Below, one piece after another: positions 46,498-56,319 of a stretch of DNA of 64,000 nt. The notes beneath the pieces were generated by a model. That model was not told the DNA's origin. It worked only from the letters and a program-made list of their open reading frames with translations, and ran no database searches. How positions within the stretch are numbered: position 1 is the stretch's first letter; each line of letters starts with the position of its first letter. The translations under genes were made by a program, and so were the position numbers. Location of the stretch: the IMG/VR virus record IMGVR_UViG_3300030330_002762; one strand, written 5' to 3'. Source of the stretch: an uncultured virus (IMG/VR IMGVR_UViG_3300030330_002762). Lineage: Duplodnaviria > Heunggongvirae > Uroviricota > Caudoviricetes.

Positions 46498-49400
46498 ATG
46501 GATAAAAAATATTTACTATCTGATGGTAGAACTAAAATAGTACCATTAGAATTCGAACAACAATTTCTAAATCAATTAGAAAAACAAAACTTAACGGCTG
46601 AACTAATAACTGACGAGCCGGGAAAGTCCCAAGGGACAAGCCTGTCCCAAAACAATCAACTAAAAGTAGACGAGGATTTATCAATAGACCTGACAACAGG
46701 AGAAGTTATATCCAAGCAGCAACAAAAAGCTACGGCATCCAAATCGGACGATGGTTCTTTGGATTTCAAAGACAAAATTAAAGTAAGTACATTTGAAGCT
46801 GGAGTAAAAGCGGGATTAGGTGGTACACTAGGTGCAACCTATGATTTATTTAAAAATATTAGTACGTTAGGTCTTAATGATGAAGATAGAAATAAGTTTT
46901 ATCAATTATACTCTAACAAAATAGACAACATAAAACCAAGAGCTAAAAGAGCATTTAAAGGTGCTTACGCTGCAATGTTAGAGCTATACAAAGATATAGA
47001 TTTTACAGCTATAGCTACTGGAGCATCAAGATCTGAGGAGCAGAGAGAAGAAGAAATAAAAAAACTAGACGAAAAAATTATTAAACAAATAAACGATATT
47101 GGAGAGCTAAAGTTTAAAGATGAAGGGCTTGGTATAGTTAAAGGTTTTAAAGAAGGTGAAGCTGCAGATGTTTTAGCGGCCGCTCTTTTTACTCCAGTTC
47201 AATTTATGGAAACAATGGTTCCAGCTGCCATGACAAGAGGCGCTTCATTAATACCACAAATAGGGGGTCCAATGTATTATGATTTTAACGAACAAAAAGC
47301 AATTAGACTTTACGGTGAAGATGATCCTCAAGCTTTTGAAAAACTAGTTAAAAACAATGAAACAGAAATAGTTGTACCCATGGTAGCTGCAGCTGGTTCG
47401 ATAGCATTAGAAAGAATAGGTTTAAAAGCTGTTGATGACTATGTGAGATCTGTTCCTGGATTAGCAGGTTCTTTTAGTAGATTACTTACAGCTTCTAACA
47501 AAGAGGGTCTTACGGAAATAGGACAGTATGCTATAGAAACTGTAAACACAAGTCTTGGTCAAGGAGATGACTTAGTAGTAGCAACGGCTAAAGGTATCAA
47601 CTCTATGTTTACAGATGAAGGCATAGAAAGTTTTTTACAAGGTTTTATAGGTGGCGGAACTATAGCTACTGGTCGCAAAGCTATAAATAGAGCTTTACGA
47701 AGTGATAAAAATTCTGCTGTAGAAATAAATAAATATATAGATAATTTAAGCGAGTTAAACATACAAAAAAGTATAACGCAAGATCAAGACGTTAAAGATG
47801 CTTTAGATTTGCAAATAAAGCAAACTCAAAAAGATTTTAAACAGTTTATAATAAACACGAGGAGCGTTTCAGAATATCTAGATGATAAACAAAAATCTTC
47901 TTTAATTGAAATAATTAATGAAAAAGATGATATACAAAATAAAATAAACTCTTTAAATAATAAAATTAAAAACAAAAAAATAACTGAAGAAAGTTATAAG
48001 CTATCTATCAATGCTTTAAACGAAAGAAACGTACTATTAGACGACGGTATTGCTAAGATTAAAAAACAAGCTCTTAAAACAGCGGCTAGCAAGCAGGCTA
48101 AACAAGTGGAAACTAAAATAAAAGAGTTTGAGTTGGAGGGTAAGGTTATACAAGCTACATCTACCGAAATAGAAAACATGGATCTTAAAGATGGTGAGGG
48201 CAATGATATATCTAAAAAAGCCGCTGGTGATTTTGGTTTTATAAGGCAGTTTGGTGATGGTAGTTTTGAAATAATATTAAACACAGATAAACCAACTCTT
48301 GGTACCGCTGCTCACGAGTTTTTACATGCGGTCTTGTTTAAAACACTAGCTGGTAGCGATCAAACACAAAACAATTTAGCATCTGCACTTTTAGATTACA
48401 CTTCTACGTTGAAAAGCGAGGGTGATCAAAACTTTGTTAACAGAATAAATGCTTATAAAGACAGCAAAGCCCTTGGAGAAGAGGTTGTAACTGTTATGTC
48501 TGAGTCTATAATGGACGGTAGTTTAAAATATAACGACGGATTTTTTACAAAAGTTGGTGATATACTTAGAAGATTTTTCGCGCAAAGAGGTAAAATTGAT
48601 TATAAGTTTAATACCGGTAGAGATGTATATAACTTTATAAAAGATTATAACAATAGTATTAAAACTGGTAAAGTAAATAAAGCTATAATAAAAGTAGCTA
48701 AAGAAGGAGCAAAAGGAAAACTAGTTGAAGACGCTAAGAGCAAGCCAACTGTAGACATTAAGCAAGATGTGGTTTTAAAAGAATCTAGAGACGCTAAGCC
48801 AGATGTAGATAAGTTAGCTGTTGATCCAAAAACTAATAAAAACTACACGCAACAAGAGTGGGATAAATCTGGTGCCAAGCGAGCTATTGATACGTTAACA
48901 GAAGAAAATTTAATAGATGGTTTAATAGCTGCTAAATATAAAGTAAGACCAGTACCACAATCTTTTGTTGCCGACGTTCTTGGTTCTAAAGAATTTATTA
49001 ATATGATTAATCGCTTTAATAAAGGTAAGCGTGGTAAGTCGGACGAAAACAAAAGTTTATTTGGTTATATACAGGGTCAATTAAGATTTAGAGCTGACGA
49101 TATATTTAAAGAAGCTAGGGTAGGTCAAGTACCTAGAGGTACTGGCACTGTTGAGGCGGACGCTAGAACAACTGAGGGTCAACCAAAAGTACAGCTAGAA
49201 GATACTGGTGATACAACTATACAACGTATAGATGAGCAGGAAATAAATTTAAGAGACGATAAAGTTAAAGATTTAAAACCAGAAATTAGAGAAAGAAAGT
49301 CTACATTTAGAAAAGAAATAGGTATAAAAGGTATTGGCAAAGGTGTAGTATTTAGAGCTGTAAAAACAGCTATTAATACAGCTGAAACTATAACAAAAGC

Positions 49401-52400
49401 CAAAGAGTTTATAAAGTCATATGAAGAAAATCTATCAAATGCTTTATATAGCATGATGGAAAAGAAACTTCCAGATACCAACTCTATGGTTAAGTACCGT
49501 ATGGCTATATTAGAGTCTATACCTTTAAGCACACTAAAAAAAATGCAAAAAGAATTACCAGCTAAAGATAACAGTGGTAATGACTTTGGTAATATATTTG
49601 TTAAAAATCACGGTAGACAAAGTAGTCAAGAGGTGTTAACAGACTTTATGTATGGTTTAAATAAAACAGGTAAAAACCCTAGAAAAAGAAAACTTTTACC
49701 AGACTTAAAAGTTTTATGGGAAAGTGGAGCTAAAGGATTAAAACCCGCTGATGCTAAGAAAAATCCAGACGGCGCGGAATACTATAGAAAAAAAGCAGCT
49801 GGTATTACTATATGGGAAAGGCTACCTGTTAGTTCAACTACTTGGAAGTCTTACGTTGAAGGAGACTTTGTTGGCAAAAGACAAGAAGCTACAGGCTCAG
49901 GAACAAAAGGTAATAATAGAATAAAGATACTAAAAGAGTCTTCTAAAGCTATAGGTAGAGATGCTACACCTGAAAACTTAACTACAGAGTTTATACAAGA
50001 CTACATTGGTAGAAAAAATTTAGAAGGCAAGATAACAGTTGAGCAAGTTAAAAAAGAAATACTTAAGTCTATTGATAGACCTGCTGATTTAAAGTTTAGT
50101 GTTGATCCTAAAGTTCAGGCTGAAAATTTTAAAACAGCCGCAAACAAAACACCAAACAATATTGTTGGTGATAGAGGTGTAACAAACTTAGATGTAGTTA
50201 ATAAAATACAAGAATATAAAAGCGCTAAAAGTGGTAAGATAAAATCTAGAACAATAGTTGATTTTATTAAAAGCTCTAAATTATCACAAGATATTAAAAA
50301 GCATATGGGAGGATTTTTATCTACTCACCCGAAATACATACCTTATTTTCAAGACTCAATGACAGGTGGTTATGATAACGGCTTGTTTGGTATTAAAGAT
50401 GTTTTTTATAAAGTAGTAGGTATTAAAGACGCTGATGTAAAAAGAGATTTGCGTAGAGAAAAATATAGCAAAACAGGCGGTTTACTTGATGTTAATAAAA
50501 TGAATAAGTTTAAGAACAATCAAGGTAAACATGTAGCATCTAACAAAGCTAGAATAGATTTTTTAGAAGGACTAATTAAAGATATGTATACATATATTAA
50601 AGCTAATCCAGATTCTAAACCAGCAATGGTTATGTTTTTTAAAGATGGTTCTAAGCACCAAAACCACGTGTTAAGATACTTAGCACCTATTGTTGGGGCA
50701 CCTGTAAACACTAAAGGAAAGTTTTTAGAAGTTAAAATAAAAGAAGAGCACGGTTATCCTCAAAACCAAGTAAACACTATAATATTAGATTTGTTATTAA
50801 ATGATAATACTAGTATTAAAAGCGTTGATGACGCTATAAAAGTTTTTAAATCTTCATACTCACAATGGGCTTTAATTGAGTCTCATGACAACCAAATAGA
50901 CGACGCAAAGCTAACGTCTTCTATGCCTGAGTATTTTTACAATGATATAGTACCTAGAATATTAAATGGCGATTTAGACAACTTGCCACAAGGTATAGTA
51001 GGTCCTATTATTAGATATATTGAGTCTGGTGTTCCAGTGGGTAGTTATTATCTTTTTGAAGTAAACCAAACTGTAGCAGAATACTTTGGTGTAAACGTTA
51101 AAAACGCGAGCCAAATAGACATGGAACACTTAGCTCCTATACAAAACGAATTAATTAAACAAGTTTTGCTAGGTAACATAGATATTAAAACTGTTAAGCA
51201 AAAAATGAAAAATGTTGCTGCTGTTGGTCACAAGAATACTGTAGCTGAAAACAAAACAGCTAATAATATAATTGATGCGTTTAATAAACAAGCTGAGATA
51301 ATCAAGAAACAAAACAGAGAAATACAGGCTGATTTAGAAAAACGTGGTTATAAGTTTAGTAAAGATGGAGTTGTTGAAGGACAAACCCCATCTCAAATGA
51401 TTAAAATTATACAAGCTGATTTAGAATCAAGAGGTTATACCTTTGTTGACATGGACAAAAGAGGTATGTCAACTTTTGACTTTGATGAAACATTAATTAT
51501 AGATGGTGAAAATTTTGTTGTAGCTACAGATCCTAAAACTGGCGAAACAATAAATATAAAGTCTGGTGATTGGCCTATAAAAGGACCAGAGCTTGATGCG
51601 GCTGGCTACAAGTTTAACTTTGATGATTTTGTAAACGTAAGAGGTGGTGTTGATGGACCACTACTTCAAAAAATGAAAAATCAAATTAAAAAGTATGGAC
51701 CAGAAAATGTTTTTGTATTAACAGCTAGACCTCAGACGGCAGACTCTGCTATACATGGTTGGTTAAAATCTAAAGGTATAGATATACCTATTAAAAATAT
51801 AACAGGATTAGCTAATAGTACTGGTGAGGCAAAAGCCAACTGGATGTTAGAAAAGTTTACAGAAGGCTATAATGATATGTATTTTGTAGATGATGCACTA
51901 CCAAACGTTAACGCTGTTAAAAAAGTCTTAGAACAATTAGATGTTAAATCTAAAGTAGTTCAAGCTAAAATAAAATTTAGCGCAACAGCTAGCCATGAGT
52001 TTAACAATATAATAGAGCAAGTTAAAGGCGTTCATAAAGATAGAATATACTCTGCTGCAGAAGCTTTAAAGCTTGGTATAAATAAAGGTAGATACGATCT
52101 ACTTATACCTCCATCAGCTAATGATTTTAAAGGTTTAATGTATTATTTTATGGGTAGAGGTAAACAAGGTGAAGCTCATAAAGCTTGGTTTGAAAAACAT
52201 TTATTTAAACCTTTTGCTAAAGGTATAAGAGCTTGGAATACATACAAGCAAAACTTACAAAACGAATATGAAACACTAAAAAGAAAACACCCTAATGTAA
52301 TTAAAAAATTAAATAATAAAGTTTCTGGCACAGCGTACACAAATGATTCTGCTATTAGAGTTTATTTGTGGGAAGAGGCTGGTTTTCAAATACCTGGTTT

Positions 52401-54285
52401 AAGTTTAATAGAACAAAAAAAATTATCTAATCACGTTAGAAACAATCCAGACTTAAGAAATTTTGCTGAAACCTTACGTGTTATATCTAAAGTAAAAGAT
52501 GGTTATGCAGAGCCTGGTCAAAACTGGGTTGTTCAAACTATAGCTTCTGATCTTAATAATATAGTAGAAAGAATAGGTAGAAAACAGTTTTTAGCAGAGT
52601 ATTTGGCTAACGCTGAAATTATATTTAGTCAAAGTAATTTAAACAAAATAGAAGCTATATACGGAACTAGATATAGAGAAGCACTAGAAGACATACTGCA
52701 TCGTATGGAAACTGGTAGCAATAGAATACAAGGTTCTAGTAGAATAGTAAACGGTTTTACAGAGTGGATAAATGCTTCTGTTGGTGCTATCATGTTTGTT
52801 AACATGAGGTCCGCGTTGCTTCAGACTATATCTATGGTTAACTTTGTTAATTGGTCTGATAATAATGTTTTTAAAGCTGGTGCGGCTTTTGCTAATCAAC
52901 CTCAGTTTTGGAAAGACTTTGCAATGATATACAACTCAGATCAATTAAAACAAAGAAGAAAAGGTATAAGAATAGATGTGTCTGCCTCTGAGTTAACTAA
53001 AACATTTGCAGAGGGTGGCACTACAATGCTTGACAAAACTCAAGCTTTACTTAGGTATTTATTAGAGAAAGGTTTTACACCAACGCAACTAGCGGATAGT
53101 TTTGCTATAGCGATGGGTGGTGCTCCGTTTTATAGAAATAGATTTAATACATATAAAAAACAAGGGTTGTCAGACGCTAAAGCTAAAGAAAAAGCAATGC
53201 TTGATTTTCAAGAAATAGCAGAAGAAACTCAGCAGTCATCAAGAGAAGATTTAATATCACAGCAACAAGCTAGTCCATTAGGTAGGTTTATACTAGCTTT
53301 TCAAAACGTTACAATGCAAATGACTCGTTTAACGGTTAAAGCTGTTTCTGATTTAGTTAATGGAAGAGGTGATTGGAAAACAAACGTATCTAAAATAATA
53401 TATTACGGCGCCGTGCAAAATATAATATTTGGTTCATTACAGAGTGCATTAGCTTTTATTATGTGGGGTGATGATGAAGAAGAAGATGTTATTAAAGATA
53501 AAACAGCTAGAGTTGCTAACGGTGTTTTAGATTCGTTTTTAAGAGGTACAGGTATATATGGTGCTATGGTTTCTACTTTAAAAAATGTTGCACTACAAAC
53601 TCAAGCTCAATACAAGGCTAAATATGGTAAATCTGATTTTAGTAAAGTAGCTATAGACGCTATTAATTTATCACCACCAGTAGGTAGTAAAGTTAGAAAA
53701 ATAGTATCATCTGCTAAAACACTAGCTTACAATAAAGGCATATCTAAGGAAATAGGTTTTCGTATAGAAAATCCAGTTTTAGTAGCAGCTGCTACAGCTA
53801 TAGAGGCCGTTACAAATATACCTTTAGGTAGATTAGTTAATAAAGCTAATAACGTGGAAGAAGCTGTTACCGGTAACCATAAGCTTTGGCAAAGAGTGGC
53901 ATTACTTTTAGGTTGGGATAAGTGGACTTTAGGTATTAAAGATGAAGAGCTAGAACAAGCAAAGCAAGATGCTAAAGAAACTAGAAATAATAGAAGAAAA
54001 AAAGAAAAACAAGTTCAACAGAAAAAAGAAGAACAAGAGAAAAAAAGAAAAGGAATAAAAACCGTTAGGTGTTCTGGTGTAAACTCAGCTGGTAAAAGAT
54101 GTGGATTAACCACAGAGACTGCAGATAAAACATGGAAGTGTTTTCATCACGCTACATTTAAAGACGGTATGGATAGAGATGGTGATGGTATAAAAGAATA
54201 TAGATGTACCGCTAAAAAAGCAGACGGTAGTAGATGTAAAAATAAAACAGAGAATAAAAACAAGAGATGTTATGCTCACCAATAA
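46498..54285 (+). CDS. Giant multidomain internal virion (polyvalent-like) protein: HExxH zincin, sigma70 region-2-like, HAD, helical C-terminal region, two C3H zinc fingers
   Basis: AAHEFLH (aa 606), EENL..IAAKY..SLFGYI...LR, FDFDETL..LTAR..FVDD, terminal C..C..C..H x2. Confidence 0.75.
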   Translation: MDKKYLLSDGRTKIVPLEFEQQFLNQLEKQNLTAELITDEPGKSQGTSLSQNNQLKVDEDLSIDLTTGEVISKQQQKATASKSDDGSLDFKDKIKVSTFEAGVKAGLGGTLGATYDLFKNISTLGLNDEDRNKFYQLYSNKIDNIKPRAKRAFKGAYAAMLELYKDIDFTAIATGASRSEEQREEEIKKLDEKIIKQINDIGELKFKDEGLGIVKGFKEGEAADVLAAALFTPVQFMETMVPAAMTRGASLIPQIGGPMYYDFNEQKAIRLYGEDDPQAFEKLVKNNETEIVVPMVAAAGSIALERIGLKAVDDYVRSVPGLAGSFSRLLTASNKEGLTEIGQYAIETVNTSLGQGDDLVVATAKGINSMFTDEGIESFLQGFIGGGTIATGRKAINRALRSDKNSAVEINKYIDNLSELNIQKSITQDQDVKDALDLQIKQTQKDFKQFIINTRSVSEYLDDKQKSSLIEIINEKDDIQNKINSLNNKIKNKKITEESYKLSINALNERNVLLDDGIAKIKKQALKTAASKQAKQVETKIKEFELEGKVIQATSTEIENMDLKDGEGNDISKKAAGDFGFIRQFGDGSFEIILNTDKPTLGTAAHEFLHAVLFKTLAGSDQTQNNLASALLDYTSTLKSEGDQNFVNRINAYKDSKALGEEVVTVMSESIMDGSLKYNDGFFTKVGDILRRFFAQRGKIDYKFNTGRDVYNFIKDYNNSIKTGKVNKAIIKVAKEGAKGKLVEDAKSKPTVDIKQDVVLKESRDAKPDVDKLAVDPKTNKNYTQQEWDKSGAKRAIDTLTEENLIDGLIAAKYKVRPVPQSFVADVLGSKEFINMINRFNKGKRGKSDENKSLFGYIQGQLRFRADDIFKEARVGQVPRGTGTVEADARTTEGQPKVQLEDTGDTTIQRIDEQEINLRDDKVKDLKPEIRERKSTFRKEIGIKGIGKGVVFRAVKTAINTAETITKAKEFIKSYEENLSNALYSMMEKKLPDTNSMVKYRMAILESIPLSTLKKMQKELPAKDNSGNDFGNIFVKNHGRQSSQEVLTDFMYGLNKTGKNPRKRKLLPDLKVLWESGAKGLKPADAKKNPDGAEYYRKKAAGITIWERLPVSSTTWKSYVEGDFVGKRQEATGSGTKGNNRIKILKESSKAIGRDATPENLTTEFIQDYIGRKNLEGKITVEQVKKEILKSIDRPADLKFSVDPKVQAENFKTAANKTPNNIVGDRGVTNLDVVNKIQEYKSAKSGKIKSRTIVDFIKSSKLSQDIKKHMGGFLSTHPKYIPYFQDSMTGGYDNGLFGIKDVFYKVVGIKDADVKRDLRREKYSKTGGLLDVNKMNKFKNNQGKHVASNKARIDFLEGLIKDMYTYIKANPDSKPAMVMFFKDGSKHQNHVLRYLAPIVGAPVNTKGKFLEVKIKEEHGYPQNQVNTIILDLLLNDNTSIKSVDDAIKVFKSSYSQWALIESHDNQIDDAKLTSSMPEYFYNDIVPRILNGDLDNLPQGIVGPIIRYIESGVPVGSYYLFEVNQTVAEYFGVNVKNASQIDMEHLAPIQNELIKQVLLGNIDIKTVKQKMKNVAAVGHKNTVAENKTANNIIDAFNKQAEIIKKQNREIQADLEKRGYKFSKDGVVEGQTPSQMIKIIQADLESRGYTFVDMDKRGMSTFDFDETLIIDGENFVVATDPKTGETINIKSGDWPIKGPELDAAGYKFNFDDFVNVRGGVDGPLLQKMKNQIKKYGPENVFVLTARPQTADSAIHGWLKSKGIDIPIKNITGLANSTGEAKANWMLEKFTEGYNDMYFVDDALPNVNAVKKVLEQLDVKSKVVQAKIKFSATASHEFNNIIEQVKGVHKDRIYSAAEALKLGINKGRYDLLIPPSANDFKGLMYYFMGRGKQGEAHKAWFEKHLFKPFAKGIRAWNTYKQNLQNEYETLKRKHPNVIKKLNNKVSGTAYTNDSAIRVYLWEEAGFQIPGLSLIEQKKLSNHVRNNPDLRNFAETLRVISKVKDGYAEPGQNWVVQTIASDLNNIVERIGRKQFLAEYLANAEIIFSQSNLNKIEAIYGTRYREALEDILHRMETGSNRIQGSSRIVNGFTEWINASVGAIMFVNMRSALLQTISMVNFVNWSDNNVFKAGAAFANQPQFWKDFAMIYNSDQLKQRRKGIRIDVSASELTKTFAEGGTTMLDKTQALLRYLLEKGFTPTQLADSFAIAMGGAPFYRNRFNTYKKQGLSDAKAKEKAMLDFQEIAEETQQSSREDLISQQQASPLGRFILAFQNVTMQMTRLTVKAVSDLVNGRGDWKTNVSKIIYYGAVQNIIFGSLQSALAFIMWGDDEEEDVIKDKTARVANGVLDSFLRGTGIYGAMVSTLKNVALQTQAQYKAKYGKSDFSKVAIDAINLSPPVGSKVRKIVSSAKTLAYNKGISKEIGFRIENPVLVAAATAIEAVTNIPLGRLVNKANNVEEAVTGNHKLWQRVALLLGWDKWTLGIKDEELEQAKQDAKETRNNRRKKEKQVQQKKEEQEKKRKGIKTVRCSGVNSAGKRCGLTTETADKTWKCFHHATFKDGMDRDGDGIKEYRCTAKKADGSRCKNKTENKNKRCYAHQ

Positions 54286-54288
54286 ATG

Positions 54289-54300
54289 TGTAATAATAAT
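54289..54300 (+). promoter_or_regulatory. Putative late promoter motif
   Basis: TGTAATAATAAT right after the giant gene. Confidence 0.5.
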
Positions 54301-54315
54301 ATAAAGAAGTAAATT

Positions 54316-54495
54316 ATGATAAATTGGATAAACTCCTGGAAAGCAGGTAATAAAAAAGATAGATACGAACTAGCATTAAGAATAAGTACATTGACAGTGT
54401 TTGAATTAATGTTTTGCCCTTGTTGGGTTTGTAAAAATAAAGGTAAGTGCGTAAGGTTTAGATTTATGATTTTAAACTTTGGATTTGAAATGTAA
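54316..54495 (+). CDS. Small hypothetical protein (59 aa)
   Basis: Hand translation MINWINSWKAGNKKDRY..CPCWVC..FGFEM, TAATG-coupled. Confidence 0.6.
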   Translation: MINWINSWKAGNKKDRYELALRISTLTVFELMFCPCWVCKNKGKCVRFRFMILNFGFEM

Positions 54496-55757
54496 TGAAA
54501 TTTATAGGTCAGTTTATACAAGATCTTATAGCTAGGTTTCGCAATGATGTTTATTTAGAAGGAACAGAAACTGGTACAATTGCTAGCGGTGGTAATCTTG
54601 GTTTAGACTCTAATAATAAAATTGTTAAAGCAGCTAGTGGTAGTGGTGATTTAACTATTACAAACGCTAGCGATAATAGAATTGTAACGTCAACTGGTGG
54701 TACTGGTCTGAATGCTGAAGCAAATTTTACTTATAACGGGGCAAACGTTGAAATTGCTTCTACTGGTAATGGTCCAAATTTTAATCTTCGTACAAGTAGT
54801 ACTACAGCTGCACATAATCCTTCTTTAAACTTTGTGAGTGATGATACAACTGGTTCTGATGGCGACGAGCTAGGTTTAATACAGTTTAATGGATATAACG
54901 ATAGTGGAGGTGTTTTATCTTATGCTAATATAGAAGGATCAATTTCTTCTGCTACAGCTGGGTCTGAAGGTGGCAAACTAACTATTAGTGTTGCTTCACA
55001 TGACGGTGACTTAGAAGAAGGTTTGGTAATACAAGATGGTGACGCTGACGGCGAAGTAGATGTAACAATAGGAGCTGGGGCAGCATCTACGACAACAGTA
55101 TCTGGATCGCTTGCTGTAGGTACAACCGTTATAACAGACGATCAAATACAGTTTACGCCATCGACAGATGATACAGCCACTATAGCTGCTGGTGCGGGTG
55201 GTGTACTGAATATAACAACAGTTGATGATGCTGGAAGAAACGCGGAGCTTAACATTACGGCTGACGGTATAATAAGCACTACTAGCTCTGCGAGCCAGAT
55301 AAATACAACGTATGATTTTCAATCAACCACTTTTGAAAACCTTCTAACCGCAGGTAAGCCAAGTGGTAAGATAATAAAATACTCACCTGCTACAAATGCC
55401 ACACTAACTGCGGGTCAAGTGCATTACTTAAGAGATACTGGATCATGGTTGCTAGCTGACGCTGACGGTGTGTCAACATCATATGGTTTATTAGGCTTAG
55501 GAATGGGTGGATCATCTCAAACAGTGGGTGTTATGATTCAAGGTTTTATGAGAATACCTAGCGCAGAGATATTAAACACACCAACAAATGTTGATGGTCT
55601 ACCAGTTTATTTAGGAACAGAAGCTGGTCACTTTGATTTTACAGCACCGTCTGGCTCTGGTGATATTGTAAGAGTATTAGGATATGCAATTGACGATCAT
55701 CTTGGAGACGTTTTAATTTACTTTAATCCAGATAGAACTTTTATAGAAATAGCATAA
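54495..55757 (+). CDS. Tail fibre-like protein
   Basis: G/T/S-rich, NRIVT..NAEANFTY, GDIVRVLGY..IYFNPD. Confidence 0.7.
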   Translation: MKFIGQFIQDLIARFRNDVYLEGTETGTIASGGNLGLDSNNKIVKAASGSGDLTITNASDNRIVTSTGGTGLNAEANFTYNGANVEIASTGNGPNFNLRTSSTTAAHNPSLNFVSDDTTGSDGDELGLIQFNGYNDSGGVLSYANIEGSISSATAGSEGGKLTISVASHDGDLEEGLVIQDGDADGEVDVTIGAGAASTTTVSGSLAVGTTVITDDQIQFTPSTDDTATIAAGAGGVLNITTVDDAGRNAELNITADGIISTTSSASQINTTYDFQSTTFENLLTAGKPSGKIIKYSPATNATLTAGQVHYLRDTGSWLLADADGVSTSYGLLGLGMGGSSQTVGVMIQGFMRIPSAEILNTPTNVDGLPVYLGTEAGHFDFTAPSGSGDIVRVLGYAIDDHLGDVLIYFNPDRTFIEIA

Positions 55758-55758
55758 C

Positions 55759-56319
55759 ATGAGCTACTTAGACAAAACATTAATATTTGAAGAAGATAAA
55801 ATTTACTACGAAGATAGTGGTATGATATTAGAAATTATGATGGACTGGGAGGACTCAATAATGAAAGCATCCGCGGATTATGTTTGTGAAAACGGGGGTG
55901 ATATATTAGAGTTTGGTTTTGGTATGGGTATATCAGCTGGATATATTCAAGCTAACAATATAAACTCTCACACAATAATAGAGAATCACCCGCAGATAAT
56001 AGAGAGGCTTAGGCTCTGGGCAACTGACAAGCCTAATGTTAAAATAATAGAAGATGACTGGCACAATATAAAAGACTCTTTATTTGTTTACGATGGTATA
56101 TTTTACGATACATATGGAGAACAAGACTGGAGTAGATTTGCAACTGAGTTACCATCATTTACTAAGTCGGGAACTAAAGTTACGTGGTGGAATAATAATC
56201 CAGAGCAGTCTACTATTCACAGTATAGATGGCGTGGTGTATAGCGCTATTAGTGTAAATCCTCCACCAAACAGTTATTTTAATTCTAATGTATATTATTT
56301 ACCTAAAAAAGAATTTTAA
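55759..56319 (+). CDS. Class I SAM-dependent methyltransferase (GAMT/Rmt2-like)
   Basis: MMDWE..IM, GGDILEFGFGMGIS, HTIIE.HP, DGIFYDTY. Confidence 0.85.
   Translation: MSYLDKTLIFEEDKIYYEDSGMILEIMMDWEDSIMKASADYVCENGGDILEFGFGMGISAGYIQANNINSHTIIENHPQIIERLRLWATDKPNVKIIEDDWHNIKDSLFVYDGIFYDTYGEQDWSRFATELPSFTKSGTKVTWWNNNPEQSTIHSIDGVVYSAISVNPPPNSYFNSNVYYLPKKEF

Noticed and set aside
51460..51500. DFD motif as crAss-type virion RNA polymerase active site
   Set aside because: Context is FDFDETL with downstream TAR and DD motifs, which is a HAD domain, not DxDxD of RNAP
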